DNA of 64,000 nucleotides. It comes from a virus. Positions within the stretch are counted from its first letter, which is position 1. Each line of letters opens with the position of its first letter. The DNA lies in IMG/VR virus record IMGVR_UViG_3300028802_000007, positions 1-64,000 of that record. One strand, written 5' to 3'. Shown one piece after another: positions 1 to 8,483 of the stretch. The notes below the pieces were generated by a model, which did no database searches, was not told where the DNA came from, and saw nothing but the letters and a program-made list of their open reading frames with translations. A program made the translations under genes and the position numbers.

Positions 1-359
1 GCGATGCCCGCGTCGTCCAGAAGGCCCTGAAGGGTCTTGATGTACTCCGACGGACTCCGACGATGACGGGCAACGTGAGCCGCCAACGAGATCTTCTCAA
101 GGTTCTCGATCACGTCGTTGGTCTTGTCACCGTCGAGATGATGGATGACGTACCCACGCGGGACCGTTTCCCCGGGATGAGCATCCATCCAGACCTTGAC
201 GGCCCGGTGGAAGTACCGCTTGGCATCCGGGTCCCAGACCCGCCATCGGCCATCGCGGTCCAGGTGCATCCCGCCTTTCCAGTTGGGAGCATCTGGGCCG
301 CGCTTGCCTTTGTTGACGGAGACGTGGGACCGCTTCGGGTAGGACTTCTTCTCAGGCAC
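1..359 (-). CDS. HNH endonuclease (runs off left edge)
   Basis: Not in ORF track; translated by hand from GTG 359 (SD AAAGGAGG): ...PNWKGG...YFHRAVKVW...PRGYVIHHLDGDKTNDVIENLE, an HNH_3-like pattern. Confidence 0.8.
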   Translation of the reverse strand, partial: MPEKKSYPKRSHVSVNKGKRGPDAPNWKGGMHLDRDGRWRVWDPDAKRYFHRAVKVWMDAHPGETVPRGYVIHHLDGDKTNDVIENLEKISLAAHVARHRRSPSEYIKTLQGLLDDAGI

Positions 360-406
360 AGGTGGCCTCCTTTCGGAGACCACTCTACCATGAAGAGTAA
401 CTTACC

Positions 407-898
407 CTAGGCCTCATCGTAGCTATAGTTCACCGTCTGCTGCGTCCAGTTGCCCGGACCAGCAGTAGCGTCCACGCGAAGCTGCATGACCATGTACTTG
501 GTGTACACGCCAGTCTGGCCTGCGGTGAACTGCTGAACGTCCCACGTCGCCTTGTTGCCCGTGGTGAACGTGGTGGCGTTCGTGTTGGCGATCGTCGAGG
601 TCGCCGTGGTCCCGATCTGGTACGTCACATACGCGCCAGTGAAGTTCAGCGTGGTGGACGTGTCCACCGTGCTGTTGAACCACACCTTGAACGACTGGAC
701 GTAGTTCGCCGGGGTCGCGGTGACCTTGAGCCGGATCCACTTCTCATACGAGTTGGTTCCGACCGTGATCGGGTTGGCCTGGCGGTTGGCCAGGGTGTTG
801 GTGGCGTTGTCGGCGGACTCGAGGTCCACACCCGCCACGGAGTCCGTGACGGTTGGCGTGGAACCATTCGAGACGCTGACTACAAGAGTCGCGGCCAT
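407..898 (-). CDS. putative virion structural protein (Thr/Ala-rich, beta-rich)
   Basis: 163-aa ORF directly after portal, SD AAAGGA. Confidence 0.55.
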   Translation of the reverse strand: MAATLVVSVSNGSTPTVTDSVAGVDLESADNATNTLANRQANPITVGTNSYEKWIRLKVTATPANYVQSFKVWFNSTVDTSTTLNFTGAYVTYQIGTTATSTIANTNATTFTTGNKATWDVQQFTAGQTGVYTKYMVMQLRVDATAGPGNWTQQTVNYSYDEA

Positions 899-908
899 GT
901 TGGTCCTT

Positions 909-2270
909 TCAGTCAGTGTTCCCCGTCAGCACGGGATCGATGGCTGAAGCCTTCGGCTTGGATGCCGTCGGCTGGCCCTCACCCGCAGCGGGCTGCTGCT
1001 CAGTGACCTCCTTGGCGGAGGCCACTTCGTCGATGGTCACGACGCCCAGCGACGTGTTCGCCATCAACTTGTTGTAGGGGTTCTCAGGATCGAGCGGATC
1101 TCCAAGCGGGAGACGTCCCTCATCCAGCCGCGCCTCGTTCACGGGCTTCCAAGGCATGCCTGCGAGCGCCAACTTGTTGATGTTGGCCTTTGACATGGAC
1201 TCCTTGATGTTCAACCGCGTGAACCGGAACGCCAGGTTGTTGGCTGCGCCTCCATAGCTCTGATCCCAGACGATCTCCCGGGTGAAGTAGTCCTGGATGA
1301 GCGCGAGCAGGGGCCGGAGTCCCTGGTCCTCGCTCATCTCCTGCTGGACCTCGCCGGTCGCCCGGTTGATGTCCATGGTCAGGCCGATGTCCTGCGGGCT
1401 GATGAGGTACACGGCGCAGATCTTCCGCACCAGGTACTTCAGCCACTCGTCGTACTGCATGTCGCGGTTCGACGGACGGAAGGGGATGAACTTCGCGCCC
1501 TTGGTGCCGCCCAGGAAACCAAGTGCGGATCGGCCAGCCACCTCGGCCCGCCAGTAGCCTTGGAAGGCCTCGACCTGATCCGGTCGGGCTCCCTCGCCAA
1601 GGTCGAAGATGCCATCGGGAGCCGCCTGCTCGACCTGACGGCGGTTGTACTGGGAGCCCGTGACCTCGGCGTCGATGGTCATCTTCAGGGTCTCGAGCGG
1701 CGACAGGCCCAGCACCGAGTAGGTGCGCGGGTTCGCCATGATGTAGAGCATGTCCTCGTTGCGGAAGGGGATGTCGGTCTCAGGGACCGGGTTCCACCAG
1801 TAGCGCGACTCTCGAGGATTGCCGTCCCAGACGGAGCTCACCTTGACCCGGGCACCGTCAACGGCGTGCAGTCCGGCGATCGCGCCGCCAAGCGTGCGCT
1901 CCTTCTCGATGACGCCTGCATCGAGCACCAGGATGTCCTCGATGATGGGCTCGACCCACGAGCGGAAGCTCTCCACGGCGGTGTTGGGCGAGATGAACCG
2001 CTGGCGGATCTCGTTCTTGAGGACCTCGCTCACGTCGGTCGTCCCATCGAACGGGACGATGTCCCACTCGGCGGATGAGACCTGGGACTTGCGGATGCTG
2101 ATGGCCGCCCTAATCCACTCGGAGTGCTCAGCCCAGTTGCGGAAGAGGGCGGAGGTGGACTTCATCACCTTGCCGCGCTCTTGGAAGACGAAGCCACCGC
2201 CGTAGCCAGCGGGGATGTTCTTGGGGCTCGTCCTGTACGAGCGGGTGAGCATGTTGCTGATGACGCCCAT
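909..2270 (-). CDS. portal protein (HK97-like)
   Basis: 453 aa downstream of TerL; portal-like motifs GLSPLETL, RDMQYDEW, ICAVYLISPQDIGL, PVNEARLDEGRLPL. Confidence 0.9.
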   Translation of the reverse strand: MGVISNMLTRSYRTSPKNIPAGYGGGFVFQERGKVMKSTSALFRNWAEHSEWIRAAISIRKSQVSSAEWDIVPFDGTTDVSEVLKNEIRQRFISPNTAVESFRSWVEPIIEDILVLDAGVIEKERTLGGAIAGLHAVDGARVKVSSVWDGNPRESRYWWNPVPETDIPFRNEDMLYIMANPRTYSVLGLSPLETLKMTIDAEVTGSQYNRRQVEQAAPDGIFDLGEGARPDQVEAFQGYWRAEVAGRSALGFLGGTKGAKFIPFRPSNRDMQYDEWLKYLVRKICAVYLISPQDIGLTMDINRATGEVQQEMSEDQGLRPLLALIQDYFTREIVWDQSYGGAANNLAFRFTRLNIKESMSKANINKLALAGMPWKPVNEARLDEGRLPLGDPLDPENPYNKLMANTSLGVVTIDEVASAKEVTEQQPAAGEGQPTASKPKASAIDPVLTGNTD

Positions 2271-2492
2271 CTACTTCAATCCTCGGAAGTGCGCCGCGAT
2301 GAAGTCCGCACTCGCACTGTTGAGGTGGTCGGCTTCCATCTGACGGTTCGCGGCGGTGATGGCCTGCTCGTAGGTCATCGTGTGGGTCTCAAGGCGACCC
2401 ATGATGGGTGCCAGGTATTCAGGGACGAGGCGGATGCCATCGCGGAACTCGACCTCGATCTTCTGGCCGGGGAACACTAGGCCGTCTTCCAT
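2271..2492 (-). CDS. small hypothetical protein
   Basis: Fills TerL-portal gap; alternative GTG start at 2477 overlaps the TerL stop. Confidence 0.6.
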   Translation of the reverse strand: MEDGLVFPGQKIEVEFRDGIRLVPEYLAPIMGRLETHTMTYEQAITAANRQMEADHLNSASADFIAAHFRGLK

Positions 2493-4003
2493 GACACCTT
2501 CCCCGTCTTGTTCATGGACCCGTAGAAGAACTCGGCGCTGGTCAGGTCCATCGAGTAGCCCAGCGCGTCCACGAAGTCGTCGTGGCCCTTGGGGAACGAG
2601 AGGAGCTCCGTCTCGAAGGCGGAGCCTCGGAGGCTCTTGTGGTGGAGGACCTTGTGGGCCTCGTACTTGGCGGCCACGCCGCGAGCTCGAGTCGTCTTGT
2701 CGCCGTCCGCCTTGCGTCCCTCGATCGGGATGTGCGGGTACTCCTCCATCACGTTCTGGATGATGGTGGACTGGGCCTGCACGCTCTCGACGATGACCAG
2801 ACCGATGTTCGGGAACGCCTTCCAGCCGTCGAGGATGAACTCGACGTGGTGGCTCTCGCGCTTGTCGCGGTAGGCCGACAGGACGTAGAAGAAGCCCCGG
2901 TTGGGACAGCCCTTCTGGCAGACGTCCTCGGCGGTCGTCGCCCGGGCGGTGAAGTCGGCCCGCTCACGGGTTGAGAACGCGAGATCGACGCCCATTCTCA
3001 GGTTGTAGGAATGGCCCTCAGGGAGGGTGTCGAAGTGGGTGAACGGGCCCTTGAAGATGTTGCCCTCGAGGAGGCCGCTGATGTCGTTCTGGTAGGCGCA
3101 ACTGAAGAGGGCTGAGCCCATCTCCTCACGCTCTCGGAGCAGGCGATCCACCGGCCAGTACTCCGGCCAGTAGCTGTGCAGATCGCCCTTGTCGTCGGGC
3201 TGGAGAGCGGACACGACGTGGCTCTCCCAGCCGAAGCCACCCTGGGCTGTCGGGGTGAAGAACTGCTCATACAGGTCGGCCTCCCCCCAGCGGGTGCCGA
3301 TGACGATGACCACCCCGTCGGGGGCCAGGCAGGGCTTGAGCGTCTTCTTGAACCAGACCTCGACCGCCTCGCGCTGATCCACCGTCTGGGTGTTCTCCTC
3401 GTCGAGGATGTCGTCCATCAGGATGATGTCGAACCGCTTGCTGATGATGGCCCCGCCCACGCCGACCGCGAAGCAGGACACGTCCTTGGAGCCGTGCCAC
3501 CGACTGCCACTTCGGAGCCACTCCTTGTCGGTCCACTTCGAGCTCGACGGACCGCAGTCAGGGAAGGTGTCCTTGTGGGCGGCGTTCGCCTCGTAGGTGT
3601 ACTTGATGGCGCGGCTGAAGTCCTTGCCCTGCATGTCGGTGTTGGACACGAGGCCGACCCGCAGATCGGGGTACTTGGCGACCAGCCACGCCAGCAGGAT
3701 CGTGTTGTTCCAGGTCGTCTTGGCTCCGCCGCGAGGCAGCAGCCACACGCCGTGGCTGCGGGCGTAGATGGCCTCGAGGGTCTGGCTCACCATCTTGCGG
3801 TGGTGCTCCGCCGGCTGGTAGCCGAAGACGTACTCGCCATAGGCGAAGACCGCGTCCGGTCCGTCAGTTCGTGCGAGCTCTCTCAACGCGTGGGAGCGGA
3901 GAGCTTGCCACGCTTCCGGCGTCAGCGCCGCGTCCTCGAGAAGCTTCGACAAGGGCCCTGAGGAAGTCTGGGTCGTCGGAGGCGGCAGAGAGGTTGATGC
4001 CAA
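2477..4003 (-). CDS. terL: terminase large subunit
   Basis: Walker A LPRGGAKTT, Walker B DIILMDD, coupling motif GTRW, nuclease GVDLA and HDDFVDAL; start uncertain (overlaps TerS). Confidence 0.93.
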   Translation of the reverse strand: MASTSLPPPTTQTSSGPLSKLLEDAALTPEAWQALRSHALRELARTDGPDAVFAYGEYVFGYQPAEHHRKMVSQTLEAIYARSHGVWLLPRGGAKTTWNNTILLAWLVAKYPDLRVGLVSNTDMQGKDFSRAIKYTYEANAAHKDTFPDCGPSSSKWTDKEWLRSGSRWHGSKDVSCFAVGVGGAIISKRFDIILMDDILDEENTQTVDQREAVEVWFKKTLKPCLAPDGVVIVIGTRWGEADLYEQFFTPTAQGGFGWESHVVSALQPDDKGDLHSYWPEYWPVDRLLREREEMGSALFSCAYQNDISGLLEGNIFKGPFTHFDTLPEGHSYNLRMGVDLAFSTRERADFTARATTAEDVCQKGCPNRGFFYVLSAYRDKRESHHVEFILDGWKAFPNIGLVIVESVQAQSTIIQNVMEEYPHIPIEGRKADGDKTTRARGVAAKYEAHKVLHHKSLRGSAFETELLSFPKGHDDFVDALGYSMDLTSAEFFYGSMNKTGKVSWKTA

Positions 4004-4436
4004 GCGATCGCTCCTCGTTGATGGTGGACGGCTTGCCGAAGAGGACCTGGAGGCGGTCGATCAACTGGGCGACGTCTTGGGGTCGGATGACGATAAGCGG
4101 CTCATCGGCCCACACACCGCCGCGCTCCCGCCGGACGGTGCGCTTGAGGTCTTCGCGCATGCGCCCGATGGCCTCGTCGATGGCGTCGATGGCGTTGTCG
4201 CGGACGCGGGCTTCCTTGGCGATCCGCTTGCCCTCGTCGTCGGCGAGGAGCGAGAGGGCCTTGTTCTGGGAGCGGTTGCGGAACTCCTCGCGCTTCTTGG
4301 CCCAGCCGCGCTTCTTGGACGCCTCCATGATCATGGAGTGCGTGCTCATGCCGACGGAGTCCGCCAGCTCGCGCAGGCCCATGTCGCCCTGGATGTATTC
4401 GAGCTCGAGGGCGTCGTAGTCCCACTTCTTGTTCAA
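3864..4436 (-). CDS. terS: terminase small subunit
   Basis: N-terminal HTH (WDYDALELEYIQGDMGLRELADSVG..KRGW) plus helical body, immediately upstream of TerL. Confidence 0.75.
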   Translation of the reverse strand: MNKKWDYDALELEYIQGDMGLRELADSVGMSTHSMIMEASKKRGWAKKREEFRNRSQNKALSLLADDEGKRIAKEARVRDNAIDAIDEAIGRMREDLKRTVRRERGGVWADEPLIVIRPQDVAQLIDRLQVLFGKPSTINEERSLGINLSAASDDPDFLRALVEASRGRGADAGSVASSPLPRVERARTN

Positions 4437-4768
4437 CGGATCTCCCTGGTCACCACGCCGGACATGCCCGGGATGCTGACCGTGACCTCTGTGATGCGGG
4501 GGTGGGCCAGCAGCAACTGCTCGGTGATCCAGGCGGCAATGCTGTCGAGGCGCTCGGAGCCGCCGTACAGCATCTCCGACAGCGTGTGGAGATGGAGCCC
4601 ACGGGTCACCGTGAACAGGTCGGCGTACAGGGTCAGGCAGGGCCCGGCGAGGTCGGCGACTTCATCGACGGTGACGGTAAAGGTGTGTCCGTGGAGGTGC
4701 GGCCCTTCGCGCTCCACATCGCGGTGGGTGGAGTCGAAGGTGACCGTGGCTCGGGCTGTGGTGATCAA
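4433..4768 (-). CDS. QueD/6-pyruvoyl-tetrahydropterin synthase-like protein (divergent)
   Basis: TTG start 4768 with GGGGGA SD; FDSTH...LHGHTFTVTV Zn motif, IAAWI and VTV in T-fold spacing. Confidence 0.65.
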   Translation of the reverse strand: MITTARATVTFDSTHRDVEREGPHLHGHTFTVTVDEVADLAGPCLTLYADLFTVTRGLHLHTLSEMLYGGSERLDSIAAWITEQLLLAHPRITEVTVSIPGMSGVVTREIR

Positions 4769-4779
4769 AGATCCCCCAG

Positions 4780-4818
4780 AAAAAAGGGACGGACCGACCA
4801 TCACTGGTCGGCCCGTCC
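4780..4818 (-). terminator. intrinsic terminator
   Basis: Minus strand GGACGGGCCGACCA-GUGA-UGGUCGGUCCGUCC followed by CUUUUUU. Confidence 0.8.
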
Positions 4819-4895
4819 ATTCGGGAACCGTGGACTCGCTGCGCCTATCTACTGGAGGTCAACCAAAAGAGTAGGGGCGCGAGGCGGTGAGACCC
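4780..4895 (-). ncRNA. putative small RNA antisense to the shared early-gene RBS motif
   Basis: Extended -10 TGGTACAAC (4911-4903), long interrupted stem-loop with loop UCUUUUGGUUGACCUCCA, then terminator; no credible ORF. Confidence 0.6.
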
Positions 4896-4902
4896 ATATG
4901 AA

Positions 4903-4935
4903 GTTGTACCACGCGCACAGTACAGGGCGCGTGGT
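4903..4935 (-). promoter_or_regulatory. putative extended -10 promoter overlapped by an inverted repeat
   Basis: TG-G-TACAAC; IR ACCACGCGC/GCGCGTGGT (4908-4935) covers the spacer/-35 zone. Confidence 0.4.
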
Positions 4936-4942
4936 CGGTTTG

Positions 4943-5212
4943 CTAGGTGTCCTGGTCGTCTTTGCCCGCCGAAAGATCGGTGAAGCGGTCGTTCTCGACG
5001 TCGTATCGCCAGTCGATAGCGTACGCGGCTTGGGGCAGGAGCACCACGCTCCCGTCGCTCAGGCACACGATGCCGTGCAACTGGCGGTTCGCCTTGGTCG
5101 CCGGGGGCTCGAACGCGAAGCCCAGCAGCAACCCGACCGGGTGCTCTGTTTCGATCGGGTAGAGGTCGGCTCGGAGGGTCACCCGGAGGGGTTCGTCGAA
5201 GAGCGCGGTCAC
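4943..5212 (-). CDS. hypothetical protein
   Basis: GTG 5212 overlaps upstream stop (GTGA). Confidence 0.6.
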   Translation of the reverse strand: MTALFDEPLRVTLRADLYPIETEHPVGLLLGFAFEPPATKANRQLHGIVCLSDGSVVLLPQAAYAIDWRYDVENDRFTDLSAGKDDQDT

Positions 5213-5298
5213 CAGACCAGTGCCCCGAACACGACGCCGACGGCGAACCAGAAGACCGCGAACGCGGCGAGCTTGTTCTGGGTGTCGATCTTGATCAT
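5209..5298 (-). CDS. small membrane peptide
   Basis: MIKIDTQNKLAAFAVFWFAVGVVFGALVW, ATGA-coupled. Confidence 0.5.
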   Translation of the reverse strand: MIKIDTQNKLAAFAVFWFAVGVVFGALVW

Positions 5299-5504
5299 CG
5301 GATGCCTGCGTCCTTGGCGCACAGCTTGGGGCTCTGGTAGAGGTCCCCAAGGCCGACAGCGTAGACCACCCGACGGTGGCCGCAGGCGGCGCACTTCTGG
5401 CGGCGGTGACGCTGGAGGCTCACGGCGATGTTGACGACGAGGGGCCCGTAGTTGACATCGACGGGAGAGAGCCCAGCGGCGATCTGGCCCGGGGCCCCGA
5501 TCAC
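5295..5504 (-). CDS. small Zn-binding hypothetical protein
   Basis: CAAC...LCAKD; coupled to neighbours. Confidence 0.55.
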   Translation of the reverse strand: MIGAPGQIAAGLSPVDVNYGPLVVNIAVSLQRHRRQKCAACGHRRVVYAVGLGDLYQSPKLCAKDAGIR

Positions 5505-5839
5505 GCCCGGACCCTCACCTTCGCCTTGGACTTCGCGGCGGGCTTCGGGACGGCCCTCACCGGGTTGTAGGGAGCAACGGCTGCGGCCTCCTCAGGCGTG
5601 GTGATGATGTGACCGGCACCGGCATCCCGGTTGGCCTGCGTGTCGGGGACGAGGGAGGTCTCGTAGATCTTGACCTCCTTGATGGGAGCGGCGTCCACGC
5701 TGATGGTTCGACCAGCCGTGGCATCACGAGCCGCCTGAGCGATGAACGCTGAGACGCTGATGCCCTGGTCGAGGCAGTGGTGTCGGAGGGCGACCCAATC
5801 GTCGTCATCCAGATAGAAGCTGTGCTGACGGACGGTCAA
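5501..5839 (-). CDS. ribbon-helix-helix DNA-binding protein
   Basis: TTG 5839; RQHSFYLDDDDWVALRHHCLDQGISVSAFIAQAA, CopG/Arc-like pattern. Confidence 0.65.
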   Translation of the reverse strand: MTVRQHSFYLDDDDWVALRHHCLDQGISVSAFIAQAARDATAGRTISVDAAPIKEVKIYETSLVPDTQANRDAGAGHIITTPEEAAAVAPYNPVRAVPKPAAKSKAKVRVRA

Positions 5840-6033
5840 CGCACCATTCTCCTTTCGAGGTAGGCGAGCACGTCGGTCCGCCTGTACTTGCGCCAGCCCC
5901 GATCTCCCTGCTGGAAGTACGGGAGCTCCGTCGGGGGAAGACGTTTGACGGTGGAGCGGTCCACCCCCAGCAGAGCGGCTGTCTCGCTCGAGGTCAGCCA
6001 CCGGGTGGACTCATGCTGCTGGGGGTGGATCAT
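5836..6033 (-). CDS. excisionase/MerR-like HTH DNA-binding protein
   Basis: WLTSSETAALLGVDRSTVKRL...ELPY...GWRKYRRTDVLAYL. Confidence 0.8.
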   Translation of the reverse strand: MIHPQQHESTRWLTSSETAALLGVDRSTVKRLPPTELPYFQQGDRGWRKYRRTDVLAYLERRMVR

Positions 6034-6035
6034 GG

Positions 6036-6950
6036 CTACTTGCGCTTCGCCGTCAGGACCACCGCGCTGAGGCTGGACAGAGCCAGCATCAGGACGAGGA
6101 ACGGAACGACGGGGCTGGAGCTGTTCGACGACGATCCGACGGTATCGGTCGGCGGCAACTCCTCGGTCGGAGTGGTCGGGGGCGGGGTGATGACTGCCGG
6201 GTTGCAGTCGGGGCAGAACACCTCATCCTCGGCGAGGACCTCGGTGTCAGCAGCGTTGCTGACGCTGATGGTGTGGGTGCCCGGCGTGACGAAGATCTCG
6301 CCCACCGTGCCGTCACCGAACACGTCCTGCAAGGTCACCAACTGGCCGTCCACGCGGACGTTCAGCAGCATGATGAGCAGGACGGTTCCGCGAAGCTCGA
6401 TGGCCGACTTGCCGACCGGGATCGGCAGGCCGGTCTCGGGGCAGACCTCGACGCTGAACTCACCGATGACGATCGGAGTCGGGGTCGGGGTGGGAGTCGG
6501 CGTGGGTGTGGGCGTGGGGCAGGCTCCCTCGGCATCAGGCTCGAGCTGCGGATCGCAGGTCGGGGTTGGCGTTGGGGTCGGCGTTGGGGTGGGGGTAGGT
6601 GTAGGGGTGGGCGTAGGGGTGGGTGTAGGCGTCGGGGACCCGCCGCCATCGTCCGGGGGCGGGCAGTCGGTGATGGGCGGCTCGTCCTGACCGATGTCGA
6701 GGGCGAGCACGAAGCTGCGGCCCTGGTCGTCAGCGAAGAAGCTGCCCACGACGATGGGGTCGGCCTTGATGGCGGACTCGTCCACGTCGATGGGGTTCTG
6801 GCCGGTCTGGAAGCGTTCGTCGTCTCCGGGCGTGCCGACGTACTTGCACACGAAGTACTTGGTGGCGGTGTCGGTCTCGACCGCGAGCACCGACGGCGCG
6901 ACGGAGAAGAGCAGGCCCGCGATGGCGATCGCGGAGAAGATCCTCTTCAT
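6036..6950 (-). CDS. secreted, surface-anchored protein with Pro-Thr linkers and LPxT-like sorting tail
   Basis: Signal peptide [23 protein letters not shown], (PT)n tracts, C-terminal LPPTD + hydrophobic helix + KRK. Confidence 0.75.
   Translation of the reverse strand: MKRIFSAIAIAGLLFSVAPSVLAVETDTATKYFVCKYVGTPGDDERFQTGQNPIDVDESAIKADPIVVGSFFADDQGRSFVLALDIGQDEPPITDCPPPDDGGGSPTPTPTPTPTPTPTPTPTPTPTPTPTCDPQLEPDAEGACPTPTPTPTPTPTPTPIVIGEFSVEVCPETGLPIPVGKSAIELRGTVLLIMLLNVRVDGQLVTLQDVFGDGTVGEIFVTPGTHTISVSNAADTEVLAEDEVFCPDCNPAVITPPPTTPTEELPPTDTVGSSSNSSSPVVPFLVLMLALSSLSAVVLTAKRK
6478..6636. repeat. 6-bp coding microsatellite (Pro-Thr)n, two tracts
   Basis: GGNGTN hexamer arrays on plus strand. Confidence 0.85.
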
Positions 6951-7002
6951 ATTCCCTCCAACAGGAATGTGGGGCACAACGGGGTCGCGGGGACTCAGTT
7001 CC

Positions 7003-7323
7003 TCATCGGCTCTCCGCTTGGTACTGCTCGATGCCGCTCAGACGCGGCTCGTCGGGGGGATAGACGGGGGCGGACGACTTGTCGAGGCCGGTGTGGTGGA
7101 TGTGGGCCTCGAGGCGGCGGAGCCGGCTCTCGATGTCGGGCTCCCGCCGGTCCTCGTAGGACAGCGGGATGACGTTGCCGCCGACGACCAACGCCTGCGG
7201 GTGGGTGCCGGTGGTCTTCCACCACTCCTCCCAGTAGTTGCGGATCTCCTCCACCTGGGACGCGCTGACCTCAGGTCCGGCGTCGAGGATGTAGCGTTCG
7301 TCGGTGAGGCGGATGAGTTTCAT
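7003..7323 (-). CDS. hypothetical protein
   Basis: 106-aa ORF, ATGA-coupled. Confidence 0.6.
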   Translation of the reverse strand: MKLIRLTDERYILDAGPEVSASQVEEIRNYWEEWWKTTGTHPQALVVGGNVIPLSYEDRREPDIESRLRRLEAHIHHTGLDKSSAPVYPPDEPRLSGIEQYQAESR

Positions 7324-7655
7324 GCGTTCCCCCTGATGGCCGTGTCGAGGATGTCGTCGATGTCGGCGAGCAGCACGGCTGGCTTGCCCGCGACCGGGAT
7401 GATGGATGCGTTGTGGAGGTCGATCTTCAGCTCGCGCAGGGCGATCTTGCGGCCCTCGATCATGCCGTCGCCGTAGTTCATCGCGGCATCCGTGGCCGCC
7501 CGGTCGTCGTCGTAGACCGGCATGATGTCGCGAGGCGTGCCGTCCTCATCGACGAAGTAGCGGATGTCGGCGTTGCACTGCCAGCAGGGGCCCTCCACGT
7601 CGTAGCCGTGGCGCTTCTCGTTGTAGGTCCGCTTCTCCTCGGCCCGCTCACTCAC
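7320..7655 (-). CDS. hypothetical protein
   Basis: GTG 7655 with GGAGGA SD; CWQC. Confidence 0.55.
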   Translation of the reverse strand: MSERAEEKRTYNEKRHGYDVEGPCWQCNADIRYFVDEDGTPRDIMPVYDDDRAATDAAMNYGDGMIEGRKIALRELKIDLHNASIIPVAGKPAVLLADIDDILDTAIRGNA

Positions 7656-7734
7656 ATGGTCCTCCCGACGGTGGCGTAGAAGAGCAGACCCAAGATGACG
7701 ATGACGGCGATGAGCAGGGTCACGTTGATGGCCT

Positions 7735-8142
7735 TCACAGCGGCACCCACAGCACTTCATCGACCCGCCGGCGGAGCCACTCGAGGTCGGTCTCGGGGTG
7801 ATGGATCATGTCGCGGACCTTGGTCTTGCCGATGGCCTTGACGGTGCCGTCCTTCTTGTACAGGTAGGTCTGCTCCAAGGTCCACTTCTGGCCGGTGGCG
7901 GGAACCGCCACGCTGTTGCTGGTCTGGACGAACTCACCGTCGATGGTCCGGGCGTTGCTGGTGATCTTGTGGCTGGCACCGTAGTCCGGCACGAGCCACG
8001 AACGCTGGGTGTCGCCGAAGGCGGTCACCTCGATCGCCCCGCCCTCGACGGGTGAGTGGATCTGCATGGCGAGCTCGCGTTCGAGGTCGCGGGCAGACAG
8101 GTCCCCGTAGGGCCGCTTCGGGTCCTTGTTGAACTTGCTCAC
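7735..8142 (-). CDS. hypothetical protein
   Basis: GTGA-coupled; ends ETDLEWLRRRVDEVLWVPL. Confidence 0.6.
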   Translation of the reverse strand: MSKFNKDPKRPYGDLSARDLERELAMQIHSPVEGGAIEVTAFGDTQRSWLVPDYGASHKITSNARTIDGEFVQTSNSVAVPATGQKWTLEQTYLYKKDGTVKAIGKTKVRDMIHHPETDLEWLRRRVDEVLWVPL

Positions 8143-8483
8143 GCCGGAACCCAACTGACCTCCGCGACGCGGCGCTTGAGCCAGGCCATGTCCGACTCAG
8201 GCTTGGGCGTCTTGACGGTAGGCGGCAGGCCCGGGAAGCCGGTGATGACGGGGCTCGTGGCGTACACGTTGCCGTTCTCGCCGTAGCTGAAGGTCAGGGT
8301 GGATGTCGTGGCGGTGCTGCTGCTGAGGGTGCTGCCGTTGTAGATGAGGTAGTTGCCGACCATTGCTGCTCTCTCCCGCATCTCGTTGATGGTCTCGTAG
8401 AGGCCGGGGACCAGAACGTGGTCCCCCAGCCACTTCGAGGAGTAGACCGGCAGTCCGAAGACCCGGTCTGCCGGTCCGCTCAC
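8139..8483 (-). CDS. hypothetical protein
   Basis: Ends ESDMAWLKRRVAEVSWVPA. Confidence 0.6.
   Translation of the reverse strand: MSGPADRVFGLPVYSSKWLGDHVLVPGLYETINEMRERAAMVGNYLIYNGSTLSSSTATTSTLTFSYGENGNVYATSPVITGFPGLPPTVKTPKPESDMAWLKRRVAEVSWVPA

Noticed and set aside
4770-4900. preQ1 riboswitch upstream of the QueD-like gene
   Set aside because: I could not find the preQ1-I short stem with A-rich tail or the class II/III consensus; the loop is better explained by complementarity to the early RBS motif. An Rfam scan would settle it
5836-6033. Evidence of an integration module or prophage boundary
   Set aside because: An excisionase-like HTH alone is insufficient; no integrase, att site or host genes are visible, so lifestyle cannot be called
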